From the UHGV virus genome UHGV-0090851: DNA of 37,840 nt, one strand, 5' to 3'. Source of the stretch: a virus. The translations under genes and the position numbers were made by a program. Each line of letters starts with the position of its first letter. Position 1 is the first letter of the stretch. The notes beneath the pieces are model-generated. The model ran no database searches. It had not been told where the DNA came from and worked only from the letters and a program-made list of their open reading frames with translations. Positions 1-8,965 of the stretch are shown piece after piece.

Positions 1-49
1 CGCACAGGTTCCCACGTTTTATGGGAACCCGAAATAACGAGGTCGTGTA

Positions 50-1147
50 ATGGCGTACTATAACATAGAGAAACGACTAAAATCCGATGGCACACCACGC
101 TATCGCTGTAATGTGATTATCAAAGAAAAAGGTGTTATCACTTACAGGGAAAGCAAAACATTCCCTAAACATGCTCATGCCAAAACATGGGGCACACAGA
201 AAGTGATGGAATTAGATCTATATGGCATTCCATCATCAAATGCAGTTGACGGACTTACAGTCCGTGACTTACTACACAAATATTTAAATGACCCAAATGC
301 CGGAGGTAAAGCAGGCCGTACTAAAAGATATGTGCTGGAACTGCTTATGGATAGTGACATCTCCGCGATCAAACTATCTGAACTGACAGAAAATGACGTA
401 ATTGAACATTGCAGGCTAAGAAACAACGCTGGCGCAGGTCCAGCAACAGTCAGCCACGATGTTAGTTATCTTGGCAGTGTTCTGGATGCGGCCAAACCTG
501 TATACGGAATTAATTACACATCAAACCCGGCGAAAAGTGCTCGTCCATATCTACTTAAACTTGGTTTGATTGGTAAATCAAACCGTCGTAATCGTAGACC
601 AGCATCTGATGAACTGGACATGCTCATTGAAGGCCTTCAACAACGATCTACTCATAAATGCTCAAAAATTCCGTTCGTTGATATCCTCAAATTTTCTGTG
701 TGGTCCTGTATGCGAATCGGAGAAGTATGCCGGTTACGATGGGAAGATCTCGACCAGGAACAAAAATCTATACTCGTAAGAGACAGGAAAGATCCACGCA
801 AAAAGGAAGGCAACCACATGAAAGTAGCCTTGCTTGGGGAAGCCTGGGATATCGTCCAACGACAGCCCAAAAAATCGGAATTCATTTTTCCATATAACAG
901 CACTTCTATTACTGCGGGATTTCAGAGGGTAAGAAGCAAATTAGGTATTAAGGATCTGCGATACCATGATTTGCGTAGAGAAGGGGCAAGTCGCTTATTT
1001 GAGGCTGGTTTTAGTATTGAGGAAGTAGCCCAGGTTACAGGGCATCGTTCATTAAACGTGCTATGGCAGGTATATACCGAACTGTATCCGAAATCTTTAC
1101 ATAATCGTTTTGAAGAGCTCCAAAGGAGCAGAAATAAGACCCCTTGA
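50..1147 (+). CDS. Tyrosine recombinase / phage integrase
   Basis: 365 aa ORF with ATG at 50. C-terminal catalytic region HDLRREGASRLFEAGFSIEEVAQVTGHRSLNVLWQVYTELY fits the R..H..R..Y tyrosine recombinase signature. Confidence 0.88.
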   Translation: MAYYNIEKRLKSDGTPRYRCNVIIKEKGVITYRESKTFPKHAHAKTWGTQKVMELDLYGIPSSNAVDGLTVRDLLHKYLNDPNAGGKAGRTKRYVLELLMDSDISAIKLSELTENDVIEHCRLRNNAGAGPATVSHDVSYLGSVLDAAKPVYGINYTSNPAKSARPYLLKLGLIGKSNRRNRRPASDELDMLIEGLQQRSTHKCSKIPFVDILKFSVWSCMRIGEVCRLRWEDLDQEQKSILVRDRKDPRKKEGNHMKVALLGEAWDIVQRQPKKSEFIFPYNSTSITAGFQRVRSKLGIKDLRYHDLRREGASRLFEAGFSIEEVAQVTGHRSLNVLWQVYTELYPKSLHNRFEELQRSRNKTP

Positions 1148-1195
1148 CACTGTTTATCCATACAGTTAAAAATAATACTGTATACAAACACAGTA
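1144..1195 (+). promoter_or_regulatory. dinI promoter region with two tandem LexA (SOS) boxes
   Basis: TTGACA at 1144-1149. CTGT-N8-ACAG at 1150-1165 and a near-consensus 20-mer TACTGTATACAAACACAGTA at 1176-1195, 14 nt upstream of the dinI start. Confidence 0.65.
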
Positions 1196-1208
1196 TAGAG
1201 GGACTTTT

Positions 1209-1457
1209 ATGCGTATTGAAATCTGCATAGCCAAAGAAAAAATGACTAAAATGCCAACCGGTGCTGTGGATGCGTTAAAGGAAGAATTAACCCGACGCAT
1301 CAGTAAACGTTATGACGATGTAGAGGTGATCGTAAAAGCCACCAGCAACGATGGCCTTTCTGTTACACGCACCGCAGATAAGGATTCTGCAAAAACTTTT
1401 GTTCAGGAGACTCTGAAAGATACCTGGGAATCTGCTGACGAGTGGTTTGTTCACTAA
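1209..1457 (+). CDS. dinI: DinI-family DNA-damage-inducible protein
   Basis: 82 aa; MRIEICIAK...[33 protein letters not shown] matches the DinI/MsgA family; LexA boxes immediately upstream; ATG at 1209 with SD GAGGGA. Confidence 0.85.
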   Translation: MRIEICIAKEKMTKMPTGAVDALKEELTRRISKRYDDVEVIVKATSNDGLSVTRTADKDSAKTFVQETLKDTWESADEWFVH

Positions 1458-1600
1458 TTAACACGTAAAATCGGTAACGGCTGGAAATCATTCAATAATC
1501 GCACTATCGAAAGTTCGCCAGCCAGCCGCAGCACGTTCTTGCATACGACGTGGCTGCGGCTTCCAACATTAGACAAATAACTCTTTAAATTGCTTTTAAA

Positions 1601-1846
1601 TTATTTCGTTTGAATGCCAGTAACAGGAAATCGTTTATATAGGGTTGATATCCGATCTAACTTCCAGACAATCAACTCATCTCCACTTTTCATCACCGTA
1701 ATTAATTCCTTTAACACAGGGCGATTAGCTGTTCTGCCACTGGCATATTCTTCATAAATTCGCTCACAGCCAGCTGACTCAAGTGCAAGACGTTGCAACT
1801 CTGTATCCTGATGATTTGTTGATACACGAACATACCCGTAAATCAT
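1601..1846 (-). pseudogene. Truncated serine DNA invertase (Pin/Gin/Hin family), N-terminal remnant
   Basis: First ~65 aa (MIYGYVRVSTNHQDTELQRLALESAGCERIYEE...LIVWKLDR) match the invertase catalytic N-terminus including the active-site Ser motif, then the frame degenerates. Too little room before dinI (1457) for a full ~190 aa invertase. Confidence 0.7.
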
Positions 1847-1920
1847 GAGTGCTTCTCCTGTTGTAAAAACAGGAGAAGAGGCGAAATATCACCTGATTCA
1901 GAAAAATATTTCAAAGGTTC

Positions 1921-2415
1921 CTATGCTGGTTTTTCTGGCCACTCTGGCTTTGAGGTATCGACGCGCATCAGTAAGACCCGGTATTTTTTCCATTCTGACA
2001 AAGCGGCGGTTTCGTCTTCTGTCGCTATTCCCGCATCAACCGCATCCTGCCGCCATGCAATTTCAGAATCAGCTTTCAGCCTCAGGCTTGCCTTCATAGC
2101 CTCTGAATCAGCGATTAACTCGCTCTGCGATTTTTGATACTCGACCAGTTTTCCACCGATTAATCGCTGTTTATCTGTATCAATCGTTTCAGCATTAATC
2201 TCCACCACATAGAAGCCAGCAGGGTCAGGAAGGCTGGAAACATCGCGTGTAAACGCTGAAATACGGCCGTCATCGTCGTAGAGGATTTTTAGTGTATCTT
2301 CAGCAAAGTTATTCTGTTGCTCATACCAGTCGCCGTCTGCGTTTCTGGAATAGCTGACAGTGCCATATTTCAGATTATCTGGTGTGTAACGTTCAAATTT
2401 TTTACTGAGTGACAT
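1921..2415 (-). CDS. Tail fibre assembly protein (Tfa-like chaperone)
   Basis: 164 aa, directly downstream of the tail fibre gene with a 14-nt overlap; C-terminal region typical of Tfa proteins; ATG verified at 2413-2415. Confidence 0.75.
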   Translation of the reverse strand: MSLSKKFERYTPDNLKYGTVSYSRNADGDWYEQQNNFAEDTLKILYDDDGRISAFTRDVSSLPDPAGFYVVEINAETIDTDKQRLIGGKLVEYQKSQSELIADSEAMKASLRLKADSEIAWRQDAVDAGIATEDETAALSEWKKYRVLLMRVDTSKPEWPEKPA

Positions 2416-3310
2416 TGACCCATGCTCCGTTAATGTAAGCCTGAAGAGTTGCGACTTTTACTTTGTTAAGTACCCACGCACCACCACCTGGCGTCGGGGT
2501 GATATAAATACCCACAACCATTTCACTAGTTGTGAAATTCATCCAGGCATCTGCAGTCGTAACAGTTACTTCTCGGGGCGCAGAAAGGCGCAATGCTGAA
2601 ACCGACTCGCCCGCCAGAGCCATTGTCCCTGCTTTATCTGGGATGATAATTGCCTTACCGTTAATCCCTGTAATGGTCGCCTGGTTGTTCGTGGAATAAA
2701 TACCAACACGGATAATATTATTGCTGTCCGTAACCTCTAATCCGTATCTGCATGAAAGTGCGTCAGATAATGATTGTTTCGTGCTGGCGTCCGTAATGAC
2801 GTAGTTTCCTTTCGGTTGCAATTTATCAATACCGAAAGCGGCTTTAACTCCATCAACAGTCGTTTGACCTGTCCCCCCTTGTGTGACAGGTAGAGCGATA
2901 GCGGCTCCGGTGTCGTTATTCCACATTCCCCAACTGGTGTTCGACACCAGGAGAAATTTTTTCAAATCAGGAGAGAAAATCTTCGTGGATACAGGGTCGG
3001 GTTTAATGGTCTGCAATCCAAGGTTTTCGAGAGCTGTTTTCACCGTGCCATCCGATTTGATATCGCCAAACGGATTCTTGCGGCTTAACAGCAGCGCGCG
3101 AAGTGCGGTAAGTAACTGGTCGTGCCGCCCCTTCTCCAGGCTGGCACCGGATGCCTCCACCACGCTGCAAAGTTCCTCCTGCAACATGTCAAAGTAGTCA
3201 TCATCCAGATCGGTGGCAGGCGTGCCGGTCTGGGGGTTACCACGGGTAAAACCGTTCTTACCCGCGCCGAACTTATCCTTCTGCGCGGTTTTCGTGTCTA
3301 TACGATGCAT
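2402..3310 (-). CDS. Tail fibre protein (short, receptor-binding part)
   Basis: 302 aa, Gly/Thr/Asn-rich C-terminus, placed between the baseplate gp48-like gene and Tfa; ATG verified at 3308-3310. Confidence 0.7.
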   Translation of the reverse strand: MHRIDTKTAQKDKFGAGKNGFTRGNPQTGTPATDLDDDYFDMLQEELCSVVEASGASLEKGRHDQLLTALRALLLSRKNPFGDIKSDGTVKTALENLGLQTIKPDPVSTKIFSPDLKKFLLVSNTSWGMWNNDTGAAIALPVTQGGTGQTTVDGVKAAFGIDKLQPKGNYVITDASTKQSLSDALSCRYGLEVTDSNNIIRVGIYSTNNQATITGINGKAIIIPDKAGTMALAGESVSALRLSAPREVTVTTADAWMNFTTSEMVVGIYITPTPGGGAWVLNKVKVATLQAYINGAWVNVTQ

Positions 3311-3313
3311 GGA

Positions 3314-3898
3314 TTACTCCGGATATTTAAAAATTACGTAGGTATGCGACGGGCAGAGTTTGTTAAGCACGCACTCGACAACGGTGTCCCCCCAGATACG
3401 CAGTGCGGAATCACAGGGATCGCCACATGTCATCCAGGTGGTGTTGGTGGCGGCTGGCATGTTGACCTGCCAGTAATACCGCCATTCCGGCGCATTCACC
3501 GCGTCAGTACAGGCCGATGAGCAGGTGAACGTGCTTTTGTCGTATCGCGTGATGGTAGCGTCTGGTCTGCCCAGGGCAGCAAGCTGTGCAAGGTAAAAAT
3601 CCTCATTGATGCCGCCCGCCAGGTTAACCTTCGCATCCAGTCGTTGCTGACGCTGGCGAAGGGTCTGTGTCCCTGCGGGAATACATTCATCCGGCAGGCC
3701 GCACAGACGCTCCCAGCGATTTATCAGTTCGGTGGTGGTGCGCGGATCCAGCTCCCGCATCAGGGCATCCGCACGCTGATGAACACGAGTTAATGACGGT
3801 GCCGCACCGGCAATCGCCGGATCGCTGGCTGACCACGCCGGACCGGGCGGCAGCAGTGCCGACAACAGACGGATGTAATCATCGTTTGTCACGTCCAT
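3314..3898 (-). CDS. Baseplate/tail protein, Mu gp48-like (DUF2313, YmfQ-like)
   Basis: 194 aa; position immediately after baseplate J; sequence reminiscent of the YmfQ/gp48 family. Confidence 0.65.
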   Translation of the reverse strand: MDVTNDDYIRLLSALLPPGPAWSASDPAIAGAAPSLTRVHQRADALMRELDPRTTTELINRWERLCGLPDECIPAGTQTLRQRQQRLDAKVNLAGGINEDFYLAQLAALGRPDATITRYDKSTFTCSSACTDAVNAPEWRYYWQVNMPAATNTTWMTCGDPCDSALRIWGDTVVECVLNKLCPSHTYVIFKYPE

Positions 3899-4947
3899 GA
3901 AATCGTCCCCAGAACCGCCAGTTCATTTTTCGCAATGGAGATATTGTCTGCCGGTACAAGCAACTGATGGCTGTATTCCCCGTTCGCACCGGAAATCGCT
4001 TCACTGATACGCGACACCTTCAGTTCTCCCTGCGGATAACCATCACGCAGCAGGAACGAACGCAACTCAGCAGTGATGGCGGCTCGTATTTCCGGTGTGT
4101 CCGGCGTCACGCGGATATGAAAATCCACCGTATGCGCCACCGGCCTGAACACATACAAATCAGAGCCTGCCACCGGGGCCAGTGGCTCAATGTGTTGTCT
4201 TGCCGCCGTTTCCGTTGATTCTTCCGGAATGGGATTAATCAGGTCACTGCCGGCAATCATCACACCGACAGTCCCCGTTCCCATCCAGTGACGGTATGTC
4301 CATGCGCGGGTAATGCCGGGCACTTCTTTAGCCCAGACGACATAGTCCCCGTCAGCCCCGCCCTGCGGCGTCCAGTAATACCGCTCAATGACGCGGGCGC
4401 GCCACGTTTCCAGATCTTCAGTATCGAATCCGCCAGTCAGGGTATCTGCCACACCGGAAGACGGCAGACCATTCACCGGCGTGACCAGGATTAATGCCGT
4501 ACCGTCGTCAGCGTTACCGACCGCGCCTGCACTTGAGCAGGCGATCGGCACGCGCAGGACACCACCGGAGCTGGTTGCATCGGCAGTTGCCGTGTACTGA
4601 ACCAGGTCATCGCGCTGAATAACACTCCCGGCAGTCACCTTCAGGCCATCGCTGACACCTTCCCAGCGCATATACCCGCTGGCAGCCGTGGCCCCCTTGC
4701 GCGGACACCGTTTCATCGCAGCATGTCGCGCCAGCCAGGACTCATCGCACAGGTCAGGCAGCATGTTCATTGCCAGATAATCGATGTAACCGTAAACCGT
4801 ATGCAGCGCCGCCGCATACACCTTTGCCCGCACGTCTTCATCCATGCGCCGGAGCGTGTCGCTGACGTCCAGCCTGGCGAATAAATCGTTACGGAGCATA
4901 CTGATATTTTCTGCCAGCGTCGGGCGCTGAAATTCACTGTCCGCCAT
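3889..4947 (-). CDS. Baseplate J-like protein
   Basis: 352 aa; baseplate J family features and synteny (gp46-like, J, gp48-like). Confidence 0.8.
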   Translation of the reverse strand: MADSEFQRPTLAENISMLRNDLFARLDVSDTLRRMDEDVRAKVYAAALHTVYGYIDYLAMNMLPDLCDESWLARHAAMKRCPRKGATAASGYMRWEGVSDGLKVTAGSVIQRDDLVQYTATADATSSGGVLRVPIACSSAGAVGNADDGTALILVTPVNGLPSSGVADTLTGGFDTEDLETWRARVIERYYWTPQGGADGDYVVWAKEVPGITRAWTYRHWMGTGTVGVMIAGSDLINPIPEESTETAARQHIEPLAPVAGSDLYVFRPVAHTVDFHIRVTPDTPEIRAAITAELRSFLLRDGYPQGELKVSRISEAISGANGEYSHQLLVPADNISIAKNELAVLGTISWT

Positions 4948-5362
4948 GCGTTATCGCACTCCACAGATCATCAAAAGAAATCATTACCGGTCCGTCACGA
5001 CGCCAGAGAGTGATACTGTTACCCAGTTCATTAATCCCGGTGCGGCGGATATCCAGATCAATACGGGACACCACGCCGTCATCAATCATCCATTGCAGGC
5101 ATTCGCGGATATACCCCCTTACCGTCTGCACCAGCTGATTGGTCAGTTTGCTGCGCTGAAGCAGCCACAGCCGGGAGCCGTAACGGTCATTCTGTACCGC
5201 AGGCCAGGTATCCCCCCACCATCCCATCGGGACGTCGGCGTTGTCATCAGGCTCCGCCCGCCGCCAGGTAAACAGGGAAATCACCACGGCGCGGGTCAGC
5301 GGATCCAGCGGTGCGCTGGCGCAGGTGCGTTTACCGTTCACCGTCAGCCACAGTTCCATCAT
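4934..5362 (-). CDS. Baseplate protein (Mu gp46 / GP46 family)
   Basis: 142 aa between the spike and J genes; overlapping start/stop with neighbours. Confidence 0.65.
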   Translation of the reverse strand: MMELWLTVNGKRTCASAPLDPLTRAVVISLFTWRRAEPDDNADVPMGWWGDTWPAVQNDRYGSRLWLLQRSKLTNQLVQTVRGYIRECLQWMIDDGVVSRIDLDIRRTGINELGNSITLWRRDGPVMISFDDLWSAITHGGQ

Positions 5363-5907
5363 GCCTCCATCGCTTTATCCGGTTTGTCGGTGTTACTGCC
5401 CTGACCGTTCTCTCTGTGACGATGCCCGTTATAGGCAAGCCGCATCGCTGACATGGTGGTGCCGCCGGAGTCGCACAGGTCTTTCACCTGTCCTGTCACT
5501 TCCAGGTCCATTTCAAAACGTGCTTTAGGTGAATTGCGAAACGTGATCGTTTTACCTGCACCGTCCACCACGATCCCCTCCCGGGTCAGCGTCACGGACT
5601 GCCCCTGATCGTCATAGACAGCCACCTCACCCGTCTGCAGCCCTTTCAGGCGGTAGCGCCGGTCCGACACCGTAACAACCACCGCATGAGAACGGTCGCC
5701 ATCCGGAAACAACACTACCGCTTCCGCACCGCTGTTTGCCCTTGCGGTAAAACCGTAGGGTTCAAGATGTTCAACCCCGGCTTTGGGTTCACCGGCAATC
5801 AGGGACACATCCACGGTCTGACATTTCGTGGCGGCACTGATGCTTTTCACCACGGCTCGCCCAATCAGGCCGAGGAGTTGTCGCTGCATGGCTTCAATCG
5901 TCCTCAT
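5359..5907 (-). CDS. Baseplate assembly protein V / spike
   Basis: 182 aa; gpV-like beta-rich sequence; synteny between hub and gp46. Confidence 0.7.
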   Translation of the reverse strand: MRTIEAMQRQLLGLIGRAVVKSISAATKCQTVDVSLIAGEPKAGVEHLEPYGFTARANSGAEAVVLFPDGDRSHAVVVTVSDRRYRLKGLQTGEVAVYDDQGQSVTLTREGIVVDGAGKTITFRNSPKARFEMDLEVTGQVKDLCDSGGTTMSAMRLAYNGHRHRENGQGSNTDKPDKAMEA

Positions 5908-6986
5908 CAGAACGGGTCCTCCTGTACTCTGGCTTTTTTCTTTTTCCGCACGCCGGGGGCTTCGGGTTCAGGCAGATAAGCATCAGGTGGGCCGACACGG
6001 ATTTCCGTCAGGGTGCCGTTCTGGTCCTGAGTAAACGTGACTTCCGAGACAAGCAGTTCGGTATTGTCAAAACCACAGACCGGATCGAAGACAATCACCC
6101 GCTGGTTGGGCTGCCACAGCGTACCGTTACCCTGTCGCCAGCCCTGCACCACATAGGTGGTTTCATCCGTCCGCGCCGCCCGTTGTCGGGCTTCAAAGTC
6201 AGCACGCGCAATACAGCCTGCCCCCGTAGCCTGCCCTGTCTGCCTGATATACATCGGACGGTAACGGGCAATAAATGCGTCCTCTGTGCGGGCCCGCAGC
6301 GCGGTGGTGGTGGCCTCACCGAAATCATCGTCGTTTCCGGCACGCTGCCCCGCCACCTGGTAAACAGAAAACCGCTCCCGGATACTCTTCTCCGTATCGC
6401 AGGAAAGGATGTTTTCCCCGAGTACCAGCGCAGTATGTGCCCGCGTTGAGCCAATACCGCCAATCACCAGCCTGCCGTGCGGGTCGTCGTAAGCCAGTGC
6501 CTGCTGCTGACCGAGTATTTTGTTGATCACCTCAATCACCGTTTCGCCGTGATCAGGCTGGACATCAGGAATAACACCCGACGGCGCACTGTTGTTCACC
6601 ACCTCAATGCCGAAAGGCGCAGCAAGCGCCTGCGCAATCTGTACCAGCGATCGTCCGTTAAACTGTGTCGGTTCGGCTGCACAGTCAATCAGGTCAGCGG
6701 TCAGACTGCGTCCGGCAATACCGGTGCTGACCGAACGGGCATCGTAACGAACGGGCGTCGCCTCCACCCAGCCGGTGATCACCAGCTCATCACCAATCAG
6801 CACCTCCACTTTTGAACCGTTTTTAATGCGCGGCTGAAGCGTGGTAATACCCTCATCTCCCGGCCACTGGCGGGTGATCTCCACACTGAAATCCCGCGCC
6901 AGCCGTTCAATACCGGCACCGATGCGCACCGATGTCCAGCCATTCCACTCCCGGCCATTTACCCGTAGCGTGACATTGTCGTTCAT
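5907..6986 (-). CDS. Baseplate hub (phage late control D-like)
   Basis: 359 aa; gpD-like; follows the DNA circulation gene as in Mu-type tails. Confidence 0.7.
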   Translation of the reverse strand: MNDNVTLRVNGREWNGWTSVRIGAGIERLARDFSVEITRQWPGDEGITTLQPRIKNGSKVEVLIGDELVITGWVEATPVRYDARSVSTGIAGRSLTADLIDCAAEPTQFNGRSLVQIAQALAAPFGIEVVNNSAPSGVIPDVQPDHGETVIEVINKILGQQQALAYDDPHGRLVIGGIGSTRAHTALVLGENILSCDTEKSIRERFSVYQVAGQRAGNDDDFGEATTTALRARTEDAFIARYRPMYIRQTGQATGAGCIARADFEARQRAARTDETTYVVQGWRQGNGTLWQPNQRVIVFDPVCGFDNTELLVSEVTFTQDQNGTLTEIRVGPPDAYLPEPEAPGVRKKKKARVQEDPF

Positions 6987-8356
6987 TGCACTGGCACCTT
7001 CAGAGGGATCACCGGCACAAAGCCGGGATGCGTAATGGCATTACGCCGGATAATGTCCGCGTCACGCGCCGCGTTATCAAACCAGGTCGCCGCCAGCACC
7101 AGCGCGGGTAAAACCTCATCCGGTGTGCGCTGAATGATCCGTGCAGACTGTTCAAGGCGCGTGTTGATATCCGCATTCAGATCTGCTTTCACCCGGCGCA
7201 GCGCCAGAAACAGCGCATCACTGGTTGTACGGGACAACTCCTTATCAATTGCCGTATTCAGTGTGTCGCGAATGTCAGTCAGTTCTTCCCACGTCGGCAG
7301 GTCAACCGTGTTTTTCACCGCCGGTGCATTGTTCAGTGCCGGATGCGTGACGGAAGGCCAGCCAGTGCTCTGCGCGGGTGTTGTTGCCTGCCCCACTGCG
7401 GAATTCTGCATCACCGCGGAAGTTGTTGGCGCAGGCAATCGGGTGACGGCATACGCCGCTTCGCTGATTGCGGTCGTACGAAGGGTGCTGGCAACCACGT
7501 TACGCTGCTGCGTCGCCGTGGCGGTGGTTTTACTGTCCGTTTTCCAGACGCCGCGCGGTTGCAGATCGCTGCCGAGGCTGACACCGGAAAGCGTTTTGAT
7601 CATGGTGACCAGGTCGCTGGCGTTACCATAAAGGCGTTTCCCGGTACGCCACATTTTCTGCACCTGCTCAACGAAATTTTTGCCTGACGATGGCGGCGGC
7701 AGAAGTACCGAGATATCCCCCTGCAACAGCCTGGCGGCATCCGATACGGCAGAATCCACCACTTTCATCGCATCAGAAACATACCCCAGCATTATGCTGG
7801 CATTACCGATAACGTCGTTCTGCACGAAATCCGCCACACCATCGATACTGAAACCACTGAAGCTGTCACTGATGCAGTCATCCAGTGCAGAACAGGATGA
7901 CATCAGCGTCTGCGCCGTCGCCGCACCTGAAGTGGGGTAAGAGAGCTCTCCTGCTTCGACAAACTTCAGGTCAAAACGGACAATACGCCCTTCACTCTTC
8001 GATGTGCTGACCCGAACTTCCCCGTCAACACAGACTTTCAGCTCACCGTAAGTCGGATGGACAAGCGTGCCGGGACCGGGTTTATTCAGCGCTTCAATCA
8101 GGCGATCGCGCTGGTCAAAGCAGTCATCTCCCACCACATAAGCTGTGATGGACGGGCGGAAAGTGACTTTTCCCAGATCTTCGGTATAGGGCTTGTCGCG
8201 GTTCGGGTATTCATGTGTTTCCACACGACGACCGGTTCCCGCACTTTCTTCTTCAACCTTAAACGGCACACCTCGAAATGATGCTTCAAGTAGCTTTTCA
8301 CGCCAGCCACTTCGAGAATCAGAGGATAGGTACGAAGAAATATGAGAAAAATCCAT
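6983..8356 (-). CDS. Tail protein with DNA-circulation N-terminal domain (Mu N-like)
   Basis: 457 aa; lies between tape measure and hub; ATG verified at 8354-8356. Confidence 0.75.
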   Translation of the reverse strand: MDFSHISSYLSSDSRSGWREKLLEASFRGVPFKVEEESAGTGRRVETHEYPNRDKPYTEDLGKVTFRPSITAYVVGDDCFDQRDRLIEALNKPGPGTLVHPTYGELKVCVDGEVRVSTSKSEGRIVRFDLKFVEAGELSYPTSGAATAQTLMSSCSALDDCISDSFSGFSIDGVADFVQNDVIGNASIMLGYVSDAMKVVDSAVSDAARLLQGDISVLLPPPSSGKNFVEQVQKMWRTGKRLYGNASDLVTMIKTLSGVSLGSDLQPRGVWKTDSKTTATATQQRNVVASTLRTTAISEAAYAVTRLPAPTTSAVMQNSAVGQATTPAQSTGWPSVTHPALNNAPAVKNTVDLPTWEELTDIRDTLNTAIDKELSRTTSDALFLALRRVKADLNADINTRLEQSARIIQRTPDEVLPALVLAATWFDNAARDADIIRRNAITHPGFVPVIPLKVPVQ

Positions 8357-8371
8357 GGCGTCACCTCAAAT

Positions 8372-8398
8372 AAAAACCGCGTGTAAACGCGGTTTTTT
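8372..8398 (-). terminator. Hairpin with flanking T-run downstream of the moron gene
   Basis: AAAAACCGCGTGTAAACGCGGTTTTTT: 5-bp GC stem CCGCG/CGCGG with A-run and T-run flanks, so it could terminate in either direction. Confidence 0.45.
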
Positions 8399-8412
8399 AT
8401 TAGGTAATAAAA

Positions 8413-8901
8413 TTAACGATCATAATCAACATTATGAGTATCTATTCTACATGATGAATAAGTAATTCCGCTTTCACCACTAATATTTACGCCAGCCTTT
8501 ACCTTCCCTGTTTTCGTAACATCAACAAAGAATTGCCCTCTTGGCATTTTAAATGCAAAAGAGAAACCAATAATTTCCGAGTCAAAGTTATTTTCATCCT
8601 CACTAATTGGTACAATAAAAGTCAATGGTGCAGATTGTGAGTTATTTTTAAAATCAAAAGCACCAATGCTTTTATTAAACTCGTAGGATGCTTTTTTTAT
8701 TAAAAGAGTTCCACTTGCCGACTTTGCTGGGCATATTACAGACAGTCTATTTATTCCCTCTACATCTAGATCTATATTCTTATCCGCTGAAGTTTTAACG
8801 TTATCTATAAAGTATGTAGCAAGCTGCTTTTCCGTTACTGGCTTCGCAAAGGAGTTTAATGGCAGTCCTACAGCCAACAACAATATAAACATTTTCTTCA
8901 T
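8413..8901 (-). CDS. Secreted/periplasmic protein of unknown function (AT-rich moron in tail module)
   Basis: Start taken at ATG 8899-8901 (SD GGAGAG), giving MKKMFILLLAVGLPLNSFA-KP, a signal-peptidase-I-type signal peptide. Region is clearly AT-rich relative to GC-rich flanking tail genes. Own downstream hairpin. Confidence 0.6.
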   Translation of the reverse strand: MKKMFILLLAVGLPLNSFAKPVTEKQLATYFIDNVKTSADKNIDLDVEGINRLSVICPAKSASGTLLIKKASYEFNKSIGAFDFKNNSQSAPLTFIVPISEDENNFDSEIIGFSFAFKMPRGQFFVDVTKTGKVKAGVNISGESGITYSSCRIDTHNVDYDR

Positions 8902-8965
8902 ATTCTCTCCTACATTCAGCACAAACTTTACCACTCAATAACCCTACTTGATTAAAGTAGTTATA

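Noticed and set aside
1-49. tRNA 3' end or att core at the left edge
   Set aside because: Only an inverted repeat (GGTTCCC...GGGAACC) is visible; no T-arm or acceptor-stem pattern, and no matching repeat at the right end.
1600-1660. gix-type invertase recombination site near the invertase remnant (AACAGGAAATCG)
   Set aside because: Only a weak partial resemblance to gix/hix half-sites and no partner inverted copy found.
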